DNA from: Octopus vulgaris
Taxonomy: Eukaryota
DNA length: 64,000 nt
Assembly (NCBI GenBank): GCA_951406725.2
Contig: OX597817.1
Span: forward strand, 120,714,001-120,778,000
Direction of reading: 5' to 3'
Positions within the stretch are counted from its first letter, which is position 1; each line of letters opens with the position of its first letter. The translations under genes were made by a program, and so were the position numbers. Of this stretch, positions 39,501-52,831 are shown piece by piece. The notes below the pieces were generated by a model, which did no database searches, was not told the origin of the DNA, and was given only the letters and a program-made list of their open reading frames with translations.

Positions 39501-40353
39501 CTTGTATGTATGTATGTCTGTCCGTATAACTTTTAGTAAAGCTCTGTAAAGCAAACAGAGCATATAGCAATTATCTGTCATGAAAAGTAGGAAGCAAATA
39601 GGTATTGTTAATTGGTTGTTTGATGCATAATAAACATCTAATTTAAGTCAGAATGTGACAAGGTATCATTTGTCAAGCTTATCACACAACAATAGTAGCA
39701 TCAGTATCTCAATGATAATTGCAATTTGCTTTCGCTAGAGATGTGATGTATACGTTATCAACTGTTGGGGTCATTGGTTGTGAAATTCTACATTATATCA
39801 ATGACATCACACTGTGTCCTTAGAAAACAGAGTGCTTCATTTTCATATACAATGAGAAATAAGAGGTTTGACTGAGTTTCTATAGCTCATCATTTATATC
39901 ATTTTAAGTTAGCTTGATTTAATGCTAAAGCTTAATGTGTCTGTTAGTGTGTGTGTGTTTGCGTGTGTTTGCACGTGTGTGTGTTTAGCGTGTATTTGTA
40001 CACACAAAGGAAAATTATAGTTGAGTTTGACAAGCAACAATACAAAGCTCAAGTGCTTTAGTAGCTTCTCCCTATTGTGGATTTACAGTATCACAAATCA
40101 TGCATGTGTGTACACACACACACACACACACACTTGTATATGTGTGTATATATATATGTATACATTCATACATATATATATATATATATTTATGAATGTA
40201 TGTGTATATTTACATTTATATATGTATGTACCTCATATACATTTATACATACATTTATATATATGCATATATATATTTATATATATGATTGATTGATTCT
40301 AGTTTCAGCTCATGAGCTGTGGCCATGCTGGGGCGTCTATATATATATATATA

Positions 40354-40526
40354 CTTTATTTAAAAGCAGCAGAAATATAAAAGCTGTTACTCAGAATTTC
40401 ACATGAAACTCTGAGTAACAGCTTTTGTTATATTTCTGCTGCTTCTAAATAAAGCATATTACTCTACCTCTGGTATTCGAGTACTCTTTTTTCCACCTTG
40501 TTTCACATTTATGTGCTTACTCCGGT
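40354..40526 (+). mobile_element. Fold-back + tail element (same family as 36053 and 46074), centre collapsed
   Basis: ctttatttaaaagcagcag...gttactcagaatttc-acat-gaaactctgagtaac...ctgctgcttctaaataaag plus a tail ending ttactccggta; embedded in (TA)n. Confidence 0.9.
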
Positions 40527-40670
40527 ATATATATATATTTATTGACCTGATCACTTAGCCAGTGGGGTGGCGTCATTTGAAGGCTAAAACAATGTGAAGC
40601 GCATTGTGACCAGCAATGTGTAGCACCATCTGATAGCCTGTTCAGTCATGGTGATATATATATATATATA

Positions 40671-41250
40671 TCAGGTCATTAAGAATGAAATCTCCGATCT
40701 TCTTATGCACCAAGTTTGATAGTTGTTAACTCTAATGTTTATCCTAATAATTCTTTGTTTTACGACATTGAAGACTTACATCATCACTTTTTGAAATGCA
40801 ATTCATAGTGTCTGATTATATCGTGAGTTTTCTCTTCTAAATCAGCTTGTATAGATAAAATTTTGTGTTGTTTATGAATGAGGTCTTCCATGGATCCAAT
40901 GCATCTCAAAACATAAAATGTGGTGTATGGGAGCACTGTATGTCGATGGTTTGAGAAGTTCTGGTTTGGTGACATTACTCTTGAAAATCAGCCCTGTGGT
41001 AGACCTAAGACCAAGGTGGATAATGATGAGCTGGAAACTGTAGTAGAGGCAGATACATCTCAAACTACGCATGAATTAGCAGCAAGGTTTGATGTTTCAA
41101 TTCCAACTGTATTGGACCATCAGCAAAGTAAAGAAGCTGGACAAGTGGATACCACATGAACTGAATGAATATCAAATAACACATCATCTTAAAACTTGCT
41201 GTTCTTTGCTGTCATGGCATAAAAGCAAAACGATTTTGCCTTGTATTGAA
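40671..41250 (+). mobile_element. mariner transposon remnant (TIR + transposase N-terminal half, pseudogenised)
   Basis: TA|TCAGGTC start; TVCRWFEKF..GDITLENQPCGRPK...QTTHELAARFDVSIPTVLDH; after a frameshift KVKKLDKWIPHEL (WVPHEL motif). Confidence 0.9.
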
Positions 41251-41361
41251 CCACTTTAAAGAGTACTGGGTATTTTTCATGAAGCACCAGTACAGGTACT
41301 TTTATTGCGGCACTAGCACTACAGACATGCAATTATTCCACACACACATACATACATACCA

Positions 41362-41593
41362 ATTTCTTTACTGCCCACAAGGGGCTAAACAAAGAGAGGA
41401 CAAACAAGGACAGACAAACGGATTAAGTCGATTATATCGACCCCAGTGTGTAACTGGTACTTATTTAATCGACCCCGAAAGGATGAAAGGCAAAGTCGAC
41501 CTTGGCGGAATTTGAACTCAGAACATAGCGGCAGACGAAATACCGCTAAGCATTTCGCCCGGCATGCTAATGATTCTGCCAGCTCACCGCCTT
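41362..41593 (-). mobile_element. SINE family B, full length, CpG-rich (young)
   Basis: Reverse complement closely matches 13302-13537. Confidence 0.92.
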
Positions 41594-42161
41594 GTACCAG
41601 CTTGTACATACATACCAGCCATCTTCTCACTCTTCTTTCCCAGAATGCACTTTCTCTTCATTCCATCTACTTACTGCTATTGCTATTTCCACAGGTGAAG
41701 CCATCTATGATGTGCCAACCTATTCCTGCCTTCACTACCTATACTGGAAATCTGTGTGTGTGTGATCAACGTGATCAGAAAGCTCCTTGCAGCATTTCAT
41801 CTTCAGTGGCTAATATTCCTTTTCACTTGGTTAACTACGCTTCTCTTTTTCAATAGAAATTAAACAAATAATAGCCATACACTTTAAAATGATCGATACA
41901 AATGAATAAAATATTTTAAAGTGATGCCACAGCATGGTTGCAAACCAATGACTGAATTCAGTTAAAAATAGGGGAACATTTCTAAATATTTAGGATACTT
42001 CAGTGGCTTAGTGAGATGTGAGCAAGGCCTAGCCAATAATCTTTATATCATGTATAGCATGAGATACTGATTGAGGAAAAATAGGTAAAAATCAGAAACC
42101 TGGTCTGGATGCTTTATAGTATAATGGCTTTTACTAAAGGTATCCAAGGCCCAAGTGGTTG

Positions 42162-42377
42162 TTTAGCATTTAAACTGGCCAAATTCAGCCCAAATATTCT
42201 ACCTGTTTTATGTTCAAACTGGCCATATCGAGTTTCTCACATTTATCCTACAACATCAATCCAAAAATAACAATGACATCTTTGAAATCTCAAAGCCACG
42301 AGATAATGCATGATTAATTGAAAACAAAATGAATAAATAAATATTACATTTGACAGAGTAATCTGAATGTTGAAGGG
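42162..42377. mobile_element. TTAA-type (piggyBac-like) MITE, left end eroded
   Basis: tttagcatttaaactggcc...ctgaatgttgaaggg|ttaa; same family as the outer element at 59552. Confidence 0.7.
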
Positions 42378-43465
42378 TTAAGCTTAAAACAGCTAAGAAC
42401 AACTATTCTTTAATTGTCTCAAAATACAATGACAATGTTATACTGTAATAAATGCAATTTTATTTCAGATCTGTTGCATTGTTCCATATCTAATTGTTTT
42501 CAGTTATAAATGAGCCAGATTCTCTACAATTTATTGTTATTTTAAATTGCTTGCATATCTTTGCTGTTTTATTTTATATTAATCTTTATTTTGAAATATG
42601 ATATTTCAAAAAAATATAAATTTTTAAAAACAAACAGTTTCAAGAAAAAAATTTTGTAAGATATATTTACTTTTACATTTAGATTTGCTTCTGATATGAT
42701 TTTCCTGTATTCTTTCCATATTTACAGTTTTGGGTATGGATGGATGTTTTAGAAGTCCATTTCATGACAACATGATTAGGGAGGTCAATACCACTACGCA
42801 GTACCTCGGGCAAGTGTCTTCTACTATAGCCCTGGTGTCACTAAACCCTTATGAGAAGATTTGGTGGATGGGAATGGAGGAAAGAAGGCTGTATTATATA
42901 AATGCATTTAAGCATGTGGAGGAGTAAGTGTGCATTCCTTTTTGGTTAAACCATAAATCTGGAACAACCACCATATATATATTCATAGGTGTGAGTGGAC
43001 AAACAAAAGAAGGGCACTCAACAACTTTATTGGGAATTACATGTATGGATCAAAACAGTTTGATTCAAATTTGTTGGTGCTCTGAGAGTTTCAACTATGA
43101 TGTTAATCTTCAGCCATTTTGAATTTGAATGAAAGAAGTTGATTGTTATTACTGTAAGGTGGGCTACAATTGGTCGAAGAAGGTCACGTGGTGTCATGGT
43201 TTGATGTTGGTATAACTGTATATCAGTGAAGACAGTTATTAGGAAATCACTGCATGGTGAACAGGAAATCAAACATGTGGTGGACAGGAAATCAGTCAGG
43301 TTGCTGGAGGGGATGTAGGGAGGGGTGGTATGCATAAGTATATAGTTGTGTATGTGGGTGTATGGATGCGCTTATATGGTTTTGCATGCATGTCTACATT
43401 GATACGAACATAGGCATCTGTACATGGGTGTGCATGTGCATGCCCCCCCCCCCACACACATATAT

Positions 43466-44155
43466 TTTCTGCCAGGATCAGATGATCAACACACGGAACA
43501 ACTGTTGGCTTGCTGTGTCCTCAAAACATGTACCAAGAGTGATAAAAATCAAACATCCAGTCAACATCATGGTGTTTGGAGTGATCACTAGTGATGGTGA
43601 CGTTATGCCTCCATTCATCTTCCCACATGACCTCAAACTCAACATGGAAGCCTTTGTCAAGTGCCTGGAGGAGGCAGTGCTGCCCTGGGTCAAGATGGTG
43701 ACTGCTGGAAGACTCTATGTCTGGCAACAGAACACTGCACCATGCCACACAAGCAGAAGAACCTAGTCATGTTTGTCAGACAATTTCTGTGACCACATCA
43801 CCCCTAACATCTGGTCAATTAATTCCCCAGACTGCAACACCCTTGATTATTATGTGTGGGGAACAGTTGAGTGAGAGACCAACAAAACTCCTTATAACAT
43901 CAAAGGTGAACTGAAGATAAGGATTATGGCAGCATTTAACAACTTAACCAAAGAAACCATCCATAAGAGTTGCAAGAGATTCTGAAGTTGTCTGGAGGCC
44001 GTGGTTGAAGCCAATGGTGATTTTATTGAAAAAATTTACTTTTTAGTATTTCAAGATATTTTTATGCAATTTTGGTAAATATACCTGTTAAAATAAGATG
44101 TCAGTGTTAGTTTTATTTTGCATAATTTAGATGACAATTTATTCATCACACCCTG
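43466..44155 (+). mobile_element. Tc1/mariner superfamily DD37D (maT-type) transposon, 3' half, pseudogenised
   Basis: IMVFGVITSDG...YVWQQ(N)TAPCH...WSINSPDCNTLDYYVWG with 37 residues between the 2nd and 3rd catalytic positions; in-frame stops; TIR end atcacaccctg|TA. Confidence 0.9.
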
Positions 44156-44162
44156 TATATGC

Positions 44163-44428
44163 CATCATCATCATCACTTAACATTCGCTTTCCATGCTGG
44201 CATGAATTGGACGGTTTGACTGAAGACTGGCAAGTCAGGAGGATTTACCAGGCCCCAATCTGATCTGGCAACGTTTATACAGCTGGATGCCCTTCCTAAC
44301 ACCAACCACTCTGAGAGTGTAGTGGGTGCTTTTTATGTGCCACTGGCATGGGGGCCAGTCAGGCAGTACTGGAATCAACCATGCTCGAATGGTGCTTTTT
44401 ATGTGTTGCTGGCACAGGAGCCATCCAA
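44163..44428 (-). mobile_element. RTE-type 3' tail repeat
   Basis: catcatcatc...ttaacattcgctttccatgctggcatg...agctggatgcccttcctaac...gtgctttttatgtgccac. Confidence 0.8.
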
Positions 44429-44519
44429 GCGGTACAATATGTATGTGTATTCATATGTGTATATATGTATATATACATTTTTGTATGTATGTGTGTCTAT
44501 ATATATGTATATATAATTA

Positions 44520-45059
<540 letters not shown>

Positions 45060-45603
45060 ATGTATACATACAAACATACATACATACACACGCACACACA
45101 CACATATATATGCACATACGGGGAAATATATAAATTCATTTGCCGAAGGAAGAAGTTAATATTTCATATTTGGTGGCACATAGACTCTGTATAAATATTA
45201 GTGTATGCTATTAATAAATTGGCCTTAATTCTAATCAAAGGAAATCGACATTTAACCCTTTTGATATCAGTCCACTTCAGAAGGCATCTGTTTATTTGGT
45301 TCAGTGCTGGATATTATTATGAAACACTGATTAATCAACTGAGCTAACAGGCTTTTATGAATGTTTTGAATATTATCGCCATTGTTGTCACCGTCATCCT
45401 TCTCCTCATTGACTACTTCTGTGTGCTTGCATGTGTGAGATGAAATTTTGTTGAGTCAGGATTTTCTGAGGCCTGATGCTTTTCTTTTTGCCAACCTTCA
45501 TCAGCTTCTAAGCAAGGCAATAGTTTCGGTAGCCTCTTGAATACCAAATAAATCTGAAATGCTTTTACAGAGGACTGTAAACCAATAATACAGTTTGTAT
45601 GAA

Positions 45604-45791
45604 TGGTTTCAAATTTTGGGACAAAGCCAGCCATTGCGGGGAAGCATGCAAATCAATTACAATGGGGCCTGCGCTCAACTGGTACTCATTTTATCGACTG
45701 TGGTGGTATTTGAACTCAGAATGCAAAGCTGGAAGAAATGGCGCTAAGCATTTTCTCCAGTGCGGTAATGGTTCTGCCAGCTTGCCACCTT
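45604..45791 (-). mobile_element. SINE family B (internally deleted)
   Basis: ggtttcaaattttggg...aactggtactcattttatcgac...tttgaactcaga...ctgccagcttgccacctt. Confidence 0.8.
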
Positions 45792-46015
45792 ACTATTTGT
45801 ATGAATGGTGATATATGTTAACAGTGCACTTCAAGACAAAGAGAATACACACTCACTCACTCAGGCACACACTCACACACACACACACACACACAGAGTG
45901 GGTTCTTCTCAGCTCCATCCCCAAAATTTCACACACAAGATATTGTCCAACTTGCCACTATAGTAGAAGACACCACCCAACAGTGCTCATACATTGAGAA
46001 TGACCTACACACACA

Positions 46016-46071
<56 letters not shown>

Positions 46072-46073
46072 AA

Positions 46074-46356
46074 CTTTATTGAAAAGCAGCAAAAGTATAT
46101 CACAAATACTGTTACTCAGAGTTTCATGTTCCCATTCGCTGGACAGTTTTGTTTAGAATGGAATAGAAATAAGGTTATAAGCAAATTGCTTATAACCTTA
46201 TTTCTATTCCATTCTAAACAAAGCTATCTGATGAACGGGAACATGAAACTCTGAGTAACAGTTTTTGTGATATATTTTTGCTGCTTTTCAATAAAGCATA
46301 TTATTCTACCTCTGTTATTTAAGTAATATTTTTGCCACCTAGTTTCACATTTATGC
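46074..46356 (+). mobile_element. Fold-back + tail element: 223-bp palindrome with two opposed hammerheads
   Basis: Arms 46074-46184 and 46186-46296 centred on 46185; HHR (+) 46223-46262; decayed HHR (-) 46108-46147; tail to ~46356. Confidence 0.92.
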
Positions 46357-47511
46357 ATATATGTGTAAATATATATATATATATATATATTTATGTATAT
46401 ATATATATGTATAAATTATCATCATCATTCTCATGCTCATTTAATGTCTCTCATCCATGCTGGCAAGCTAGGGAGCTGCACTAGTCTCCAGTCTGAATTG
46501 GTATGGTTTCTATGGCTGGATGACCTTCCTAGTGCCAACAACTTTACATTGTGTGCCAGGTGCTTTTACATGGTATCACACAGGTACTTTTACATGGCAC
46601 TGCACAGGTATTTTTACATGATGCTTCATGGGTGCTTTTATGCGGCACTACCATGAGTGCTTTACACCACTTGAAGGATCAGTCTTAACACTCATATATA
46701 TATATATATATATTATATTATATTATATTGTATTATAGGGTTATACATACACTCTCTAGGACCACATCTGTCAATGTATCCTTTTTTACTTTGGCTGCTT
46801 TTTCTAGCAAATCATTTGACTACTGAAGAAACCTTCATTGGCATTTGTTGTTTTTTTTTTTCAGTACTATAAAAATATTTGATAATATTAATTTTTCCTT
46901 TTTTTTAGTTTTATGTTTCCAAAATTAAAAAAAAAATAGTTAATTATGTCTTTAATATACTAATAATTATGTATTCTATAAATTTGTTTTAATCACATCT
47001 TTCTGCAAGTTAATTGCTCCAAAATGAGATCAACTGAAGGTTTGGTCAAAAATGTAAATATAAAAAATCAAAAAATCAAAGCAAAACAAAACAAAACAAA
47101 AATAAAATATATAACAAGAATGAAAAAATATGATTTATTTATTTTTCTTTGACATTAGCCTCATTAATTTATTGCCAGTAGTATAAATTGAATATTTTTT
47201 TCCTTTTGAACTGTAACCAGTACATACACTCTGTCATGAGTTTCCATATACTCCCACACATACATACACGTGCTAGCTTTCTCTTTCTCCTCCTTCTCTC
47301 TACCCTTCTTCTCTTTCTCTAAGCCACTATTTTTTTCTAATATCATAATTAAGTTTTATATCTTTAACACAGCACTAGAGATTTAGATCTTGCTTTACCA
47401 TTCATATTCATTCTGTATTGGATGTCTGATTTACATATATATGTATGGGTGTGTGTGTGTGTACATATATATAGGTGCAGAAGTGGTAGTGTGGATAGGT
47501 GAAGGAGCAGC

Positions 47512-47602
47512 ATGTGAGTGGCTGTGTGGTAAGAAGCTTGCTTCCTAACCACATGTTTCTGGGTTCAGTCCCACTGTGTGGCACCTTGGGCAAGTGTCTT
47601 CT
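47512..47602 (+). mobile_element. SINE family A head
   Basis: gagtggctgtgtggtaagaagcttgcttcc...gggttcagtcccactgtgtggcaccttgggcaagtgtctt. Confidence 0.85.
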
Positions 47603-47640
47603 TCTCTCTCTCTCTCTCTCTGTATATATATATATATATG

Positions 47641-47692
<52 letters not shown>

Positions 47693-47875
47693 CGTATGTA
47701 CAATATACATACATACATACATATAACTCTTAATGAATCACAGTCCAATACTGTGGTCAAAACTTCGAAGTCACTGTCGACTATATTCTAGTGTAGGGAT
47801 AATAAATTTGTACTCTACAAAAGTATAGAGTAACCCATCAGATTAATGTTAACTTTTTATAACTTAAAAACAAAC

Positions 47876-47927
<52 letters not shown>

Positions 47928-47980
47928 CATACATACATACATACATACATACACACACACATATATATATATATATATAT

Positions 47981-48176
47981 CCGTCTGGCACGTAAAAAGC
48001 ACCCAATACACTCACGGAGTGGTTGGTGTTAGGAAGGGCATCCAGCTATAGAAACACTGCCAGATCAGACTGGGCCCGAAGCAGCCTTCTGGCTTCACAG
48101 ACCCCAGTTGACCGTCCAACCCATGCTAGTGTGGAAAGCGGACGTTAAATGATGATGATGATGTTGATGATGATGA
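47981..48176 (+). mobile_element. RTE-type 3' tail repeat
   Basis: tggcacgtaaaaagcaccc...ggttggtgttaggaagggcatccagct...ccgtccaacccatgc...gacgttaaatgatgatg. Confidence 0.85.
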
Positions 48177-48177
48177 T

Positions 48178-49461
48178 ATAGGAAATAATTGAGATTTAGT
48201 TGAATTAGGTACCTAAGCTGAAGCACCAAGTCAGTCTGGTATTATCTACACAGCTCGAAGTAAGGTGAATAAAATCAAAATAAGCAACAGATACCCCCTA
48301 GAAACTATAAAATCATACATATAACAGCACCTATAACATTACAACTTATAAAATCTCTTCAGTCTAAATACCTTTTACTGCCCTCTCTGCTTCCATACCA
48401 ATTACCCCCTCTTATTGGGTTACCTTTATCTCTTCCATACATCTAATTTTAATCCCCTGTCTCTTTATATGTAGGTTATATGTATTTCTTATTATTTTCT
48501 ATAAATTCTTATTATTTTGTTTTCATATTTTGATATCCTTACCTCTTATCCCTTATAAATTGTATGCATCTTTACATTTTTCTGATTCATGGTTTAAAAT
48601 TAATAGATACCATGTATATTTTTCCAGTTATCCCATAAGTAAATGCTCTGAGCAGTCTTTATAGAAAACACCTAATACGTAATTAATTAAGTACATGACT
48701 GAATATTAAATTGATTCTATGTAATCTTTCCTTTTTAATGTTTATAATTGATATATACACACTTTTTCACCTATTTTGGTTATGATATCATTTTTGAAAT
48801 TCTTAAATCTTATTTTTATACAACATAACAATATTGTTTATAAACAATCACTCACAGGGCCCCTAAATAAAATTTCCTCTGTATTCATATCTTAGGTTTC
48901 TTAGTGCCTTGCCCCTTTAACTGTTAATTAACATCATGATTTAAAGACTACCCCTAACTTGACTCTTTTTATAGACAGTTACTTATATCCAACTGACTAC
49001 TCCTAATGTCTTACTTCCTCCCTTGGGGAAAAGTGATACATATGATAATATTTATGACCATACCTAGCCATGAGCTGTCAACTCACTCTTGTCCTTTATT
49101 CAAAATAGACACTGTCTTCTAGTCTTAGATTTAATAGTTGATATAGAGATAAATGAATTAAAAATGAATTACAATTCTTTACAACACTATGACCCCACTG
49201 TGCTCCATGTGATTTTTAGAAGTGTAATCTATTCTTAGCTACAATAGCGGCAACATGAATTACTTCCATCTTCTTGCTCTATTAAAATATTTGAGAAAAA
49301 TTATATTACTATATCCTACTTGTTAAAATTCCATTTATTTTTTTGTGCAGCTGAAGGTGGCACTGCATTTAAATTGATGTAATGATTGCATTGTTCAATT
49401 AGATGGAGCCACTTGAAACAGTTGTACTGCATCACTACTTGATATCCTGTTGCTTATTTTG

Positions 49462-49464
<3 letters not shown>
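48178..49464. mobile_element. Probable Penelope-derived element with terminal inverted segment and decayed hammerhead
   Basis: aatcaaaataagcaacag (48273) is inverted to ctgttgcttattttgatt (49447-49464); HHR-like motif at 49345-49432. Confidence 0.55.
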
Positions 49465-49496
<32 letters not shown>

Positions 49497-49697
49497 ACAT
49501 ACAATGCAAGCATAGCTCTGAGAATAAGAAGTTTGCCGCCTAACCACATGTTTTCAGGTTCAGTCCTAGTGGGCAAGTATCTTTTGCTCAAGTCCTTGGC
49601 TGACCAAAATCTTGTGAGTAGATTTGGCAGTAAAAGAGTAATAGCATTTTAATAATTTTGCAGGTACTATGGGAAAATCTATTTTTGGATGTTATAC

Positions 49698-49760
<63 letters not shown>

Positions 49761-50115
49761 GAAAGAGATTATTTTATATAATTTCTATTGTTTCCACAAC
49801 TGGAATGTTAGTGAAAAGATTTTCCACATCTGGGTACCAATTTCATTAGTTTGTTGTACAACATTTTGTGATTCTTTGGATGATCTGATACTATAATTCT
49901 CTTGTATATATTTTGTGATAATTTCATCTAATTTCATATATTTTTGGGGGTGATTTTATATGTGGGTTACATACATTCAGGATTTATAGGTCAGAAGGGA
50001 ATTGTTTTGTTTGTGTATTTTTATTGCACCACACGCACGCATGCACACACACACACACTCACACACAAAGTTTGGCAGGGGTGTTTTGTTTATAGTACAA
50101 TATATGTGTGTGTGA

Positions 50116-50307
50116 CAGTGGCATGTAAAAAGCACCCAATACTCTCTCCTAAGTGGTTGGCATTAGGAAGGGTATCCAGCTATAGAAACAATGCCACCAC
50201 AGACAGATGGAGTCTGGATAGCTCCCTACTAGCCAGCTCCCTGTGAAACTGTCCAACCCATGCTAGCATGGAAAGTGGACGTTAAACACTGAAGATGATA
50301 GTGATGA
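50116..50307 (+). mobile_element. RTE-type 3' tail repeat
   Basis: Same family as 47981-48176. Confidence 0.8.
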
Positions 50308-50359
50308 TTTGTGTGTGTATACATATATATATATATATGTGTGTGTGTGTGTATATATG

Positions 50360-50790
50360 AATTCTTTTTTGATGTGGAGAAAGTACAGTGATTTGATTTG
50401 GGTGTTTATCACTGATTTTATTTATATTGATTTTTGTTATTGAGTTTGTCTCTTTGGATCTTTGTAAACCTGCTTATATATTTAAGTACCTCATTGATTT
50501 GTCTCTGTATGTGATTATGAGCATACTGCTTTTGTCATCCTTGCATATTTTTATATGGTTATTATGTTTTATGTTGTGTAGACCATGTTTGATCTATAAT
50601 ACTCTAATGTTTAAATTCTGGTGGTAAAATTGGTATAAATATAAGGTACCCACTATAGAAAAGAGCTGTGAAGAAGTCAAAACCACTTCACATTCTGAAG
50701 ATGAGACAGAATTAGACTGGAAACCTAGATAAAGCTGGGAACTTTGTTGTTTCAAATTAACTATAAGTATCTGAGAGAATACTCATAAAA
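50360..50790 (-). mobile_element. Penelope-like RT N-terminal remnant with adjacent opposite-strand HHR-like motif
   Basis: Minus strand HNIKHNNHIKICKDDKSSMLIITYRD (cf. PLE I.I.KADKG..VI); plus strand CTGAAGA..CAG/CTG GAAA CCTAGA TA at 50695-50731. Confidence 0.45.
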
Positions 50791-52589
50791 ATAATTAAAT
50801 TAGAACATAGTCATGTTTTCAAATGCAACTGTAAAAGGCTCTTCCCAATATATATATTCAAGTGTGTATAGATACATACATGTATGTATGTATGCATATA
50901 TATAAAAGAAGTTGTTTGTATATATTTGTAAAGTGATTCTGCTAAAAGGCTAAATGGCAGCATAGTGAAATTACCCCTAAAGAATCAATTGTCATTTTTC
51001 TTCTATTGCTTAGTATTAAATACAAAAATTCTTATTGAAATTTCCAAAGTCTCCATGTCTAGACAGAAATTATCCATGAAGCTAGTATCCAATAATATAC
51101 ATTGGTTTTATTGCCACAATTTAATCTTATAAATGAATGTATATCTTTTTTTTTTTTTTCCTTTTCGTCTATGATACTTGTTCAAGAAGTAGGGCATTGA
51201 GTTAGTAGAGTTGGAGATTATCATCGTTATTATTATCACTATCATCATCAACTTTTAATGTCTGTTTTCATGCTGGCATGGGTTGGATGGTCTTATAGGA
51301 TCTGCTGAACTGGAGGATCTGTGTTGGGCTCCAATGTCTGCTTTGGTATGATTTCTATGCTCAGATGCTTACCCTAACCTATCTATACAGTATACTGGGC
51401 AGTTTTTCTGTAGCACTAACCACTTTACATGGTATACTGGGTGGTTTTCTCATGGCACTAGAACTTGTGACTCAACACAGTCCTAGTAACTTGAAAGACT
51501 AAACAGCTCCCACCACTGAGTGGTAGTATGGAAGGCCATCTTTCACTTTTTATCTTTTATCTTCCATCTTCCATCAAAAGTTTATGCTAATTTGTCCCAG
51601 ACCCTAGCTTAATAATGAGAAAGATATTTTACTAAATTCTTCTTTATCTTCAAAATTAATTGAAACAAAAGCAACATATGCAGACAGAAATATGATAACA
51701 AAAGGGGTCAAAAAGTGATTTGAGAGGAACTTAGCTGCTATTTCTATCAGGTCAGATGACTATGAAGGATATCCTCATTTGCTCATCATCGCCAAGTGCA
51801 ACACCTTTGTGCAGAGTATCAGAGGTTATGTCAATAGCATGGAAGTTTCATTATATTGAAAATTAATTAAAATACTTAGGTATTCAGCTCATTAGAAATA
51901 TAATCACGAAAGGGTTAACAAGGAATCATACGGCTTAATTTCTTAACCAAATTACTTTATGCTAATGATTAGAAAAGATACAAAGTTCTTAGAGCACAAC
52001 TGTGATACATCCTTGAACCTGAGTAAAGGAGAAAGCTTTTACATGTTTGCTTGAGTTACTGCTAGAAACAACAGCCTAATTTCCATCAAGTTACTCACTT
52101 AACATGTTGAACAGAGGAAGTGTATATCTTAGACTACATTGTATGATGTAGTCCTAGATACATACAGCCTGAGAGAAAACGACTATCATCATCACTGGAA
52201 TTCCTTTGATCATGGTTCTGTTTAATTAGGGATGATATAAATCTAAACGAAGACATCATTAGCATTCTTAGATGAAAATGAAATTGTCAAATAACATTTA
52301 GCTGTAGGGTTACCACTGAATATTTTGGTATCTTTATGTTGAACACAAAGGAAGAATCAGCCTGGAACACTCCATTTTATTCCAGACTATTAGCTTCAGT
52401 CGGAAATTGTCCAACACAGGAATGAAAGAAATTATATCAACAAGAAGCTGAAATTACATTGAGTCACTGACAAAGTCTCTATTCAGTTACTTGATTGGTT
52501 ACAAGAAATGCAACCACATCTTCATCTGATTACATCATCCTGTCTTAAAAAAGGAATGACACAAAGTATGATGTAGCAACAGAGTACCG

Positions 52590-52831
52590 TCTTGAGTTTT
52601 AAGGCTGGTTATCTGGTTTTCATGGTGTATAAGTGACTGAGATCACAACATGGCCCCTAAATGGAATGGTAGCCCATTGCAGGTTTACTCGTTTATAGCT
52701 GAGTGGATTGATGTCATGTGAAATGAAGGGTTTTGCTCAAGAACATAACACATCACCTGATTCCAGAAACTAAAACCATGGACTTGCAAATGTGAATGCA
52801 TCACCCTCACCATTCAACCACATACATTCAC
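52590..52831 (-). mobile_element. SINE family C, decayed, nested in another SINE-like repeat
   Basis: atagctgagtgga...gtgaaatgaagggttttgctcaagaacataac. Confidence 0.6.

Noticed and set aside
46557-46664. Short regularly spaced repeats resembling a CRISPR array
   Set aside because: These are ~24-bp degenerate tandem copies of the RTE tail motif with no unique spacers, in a eukaryotic context with no cas genes.
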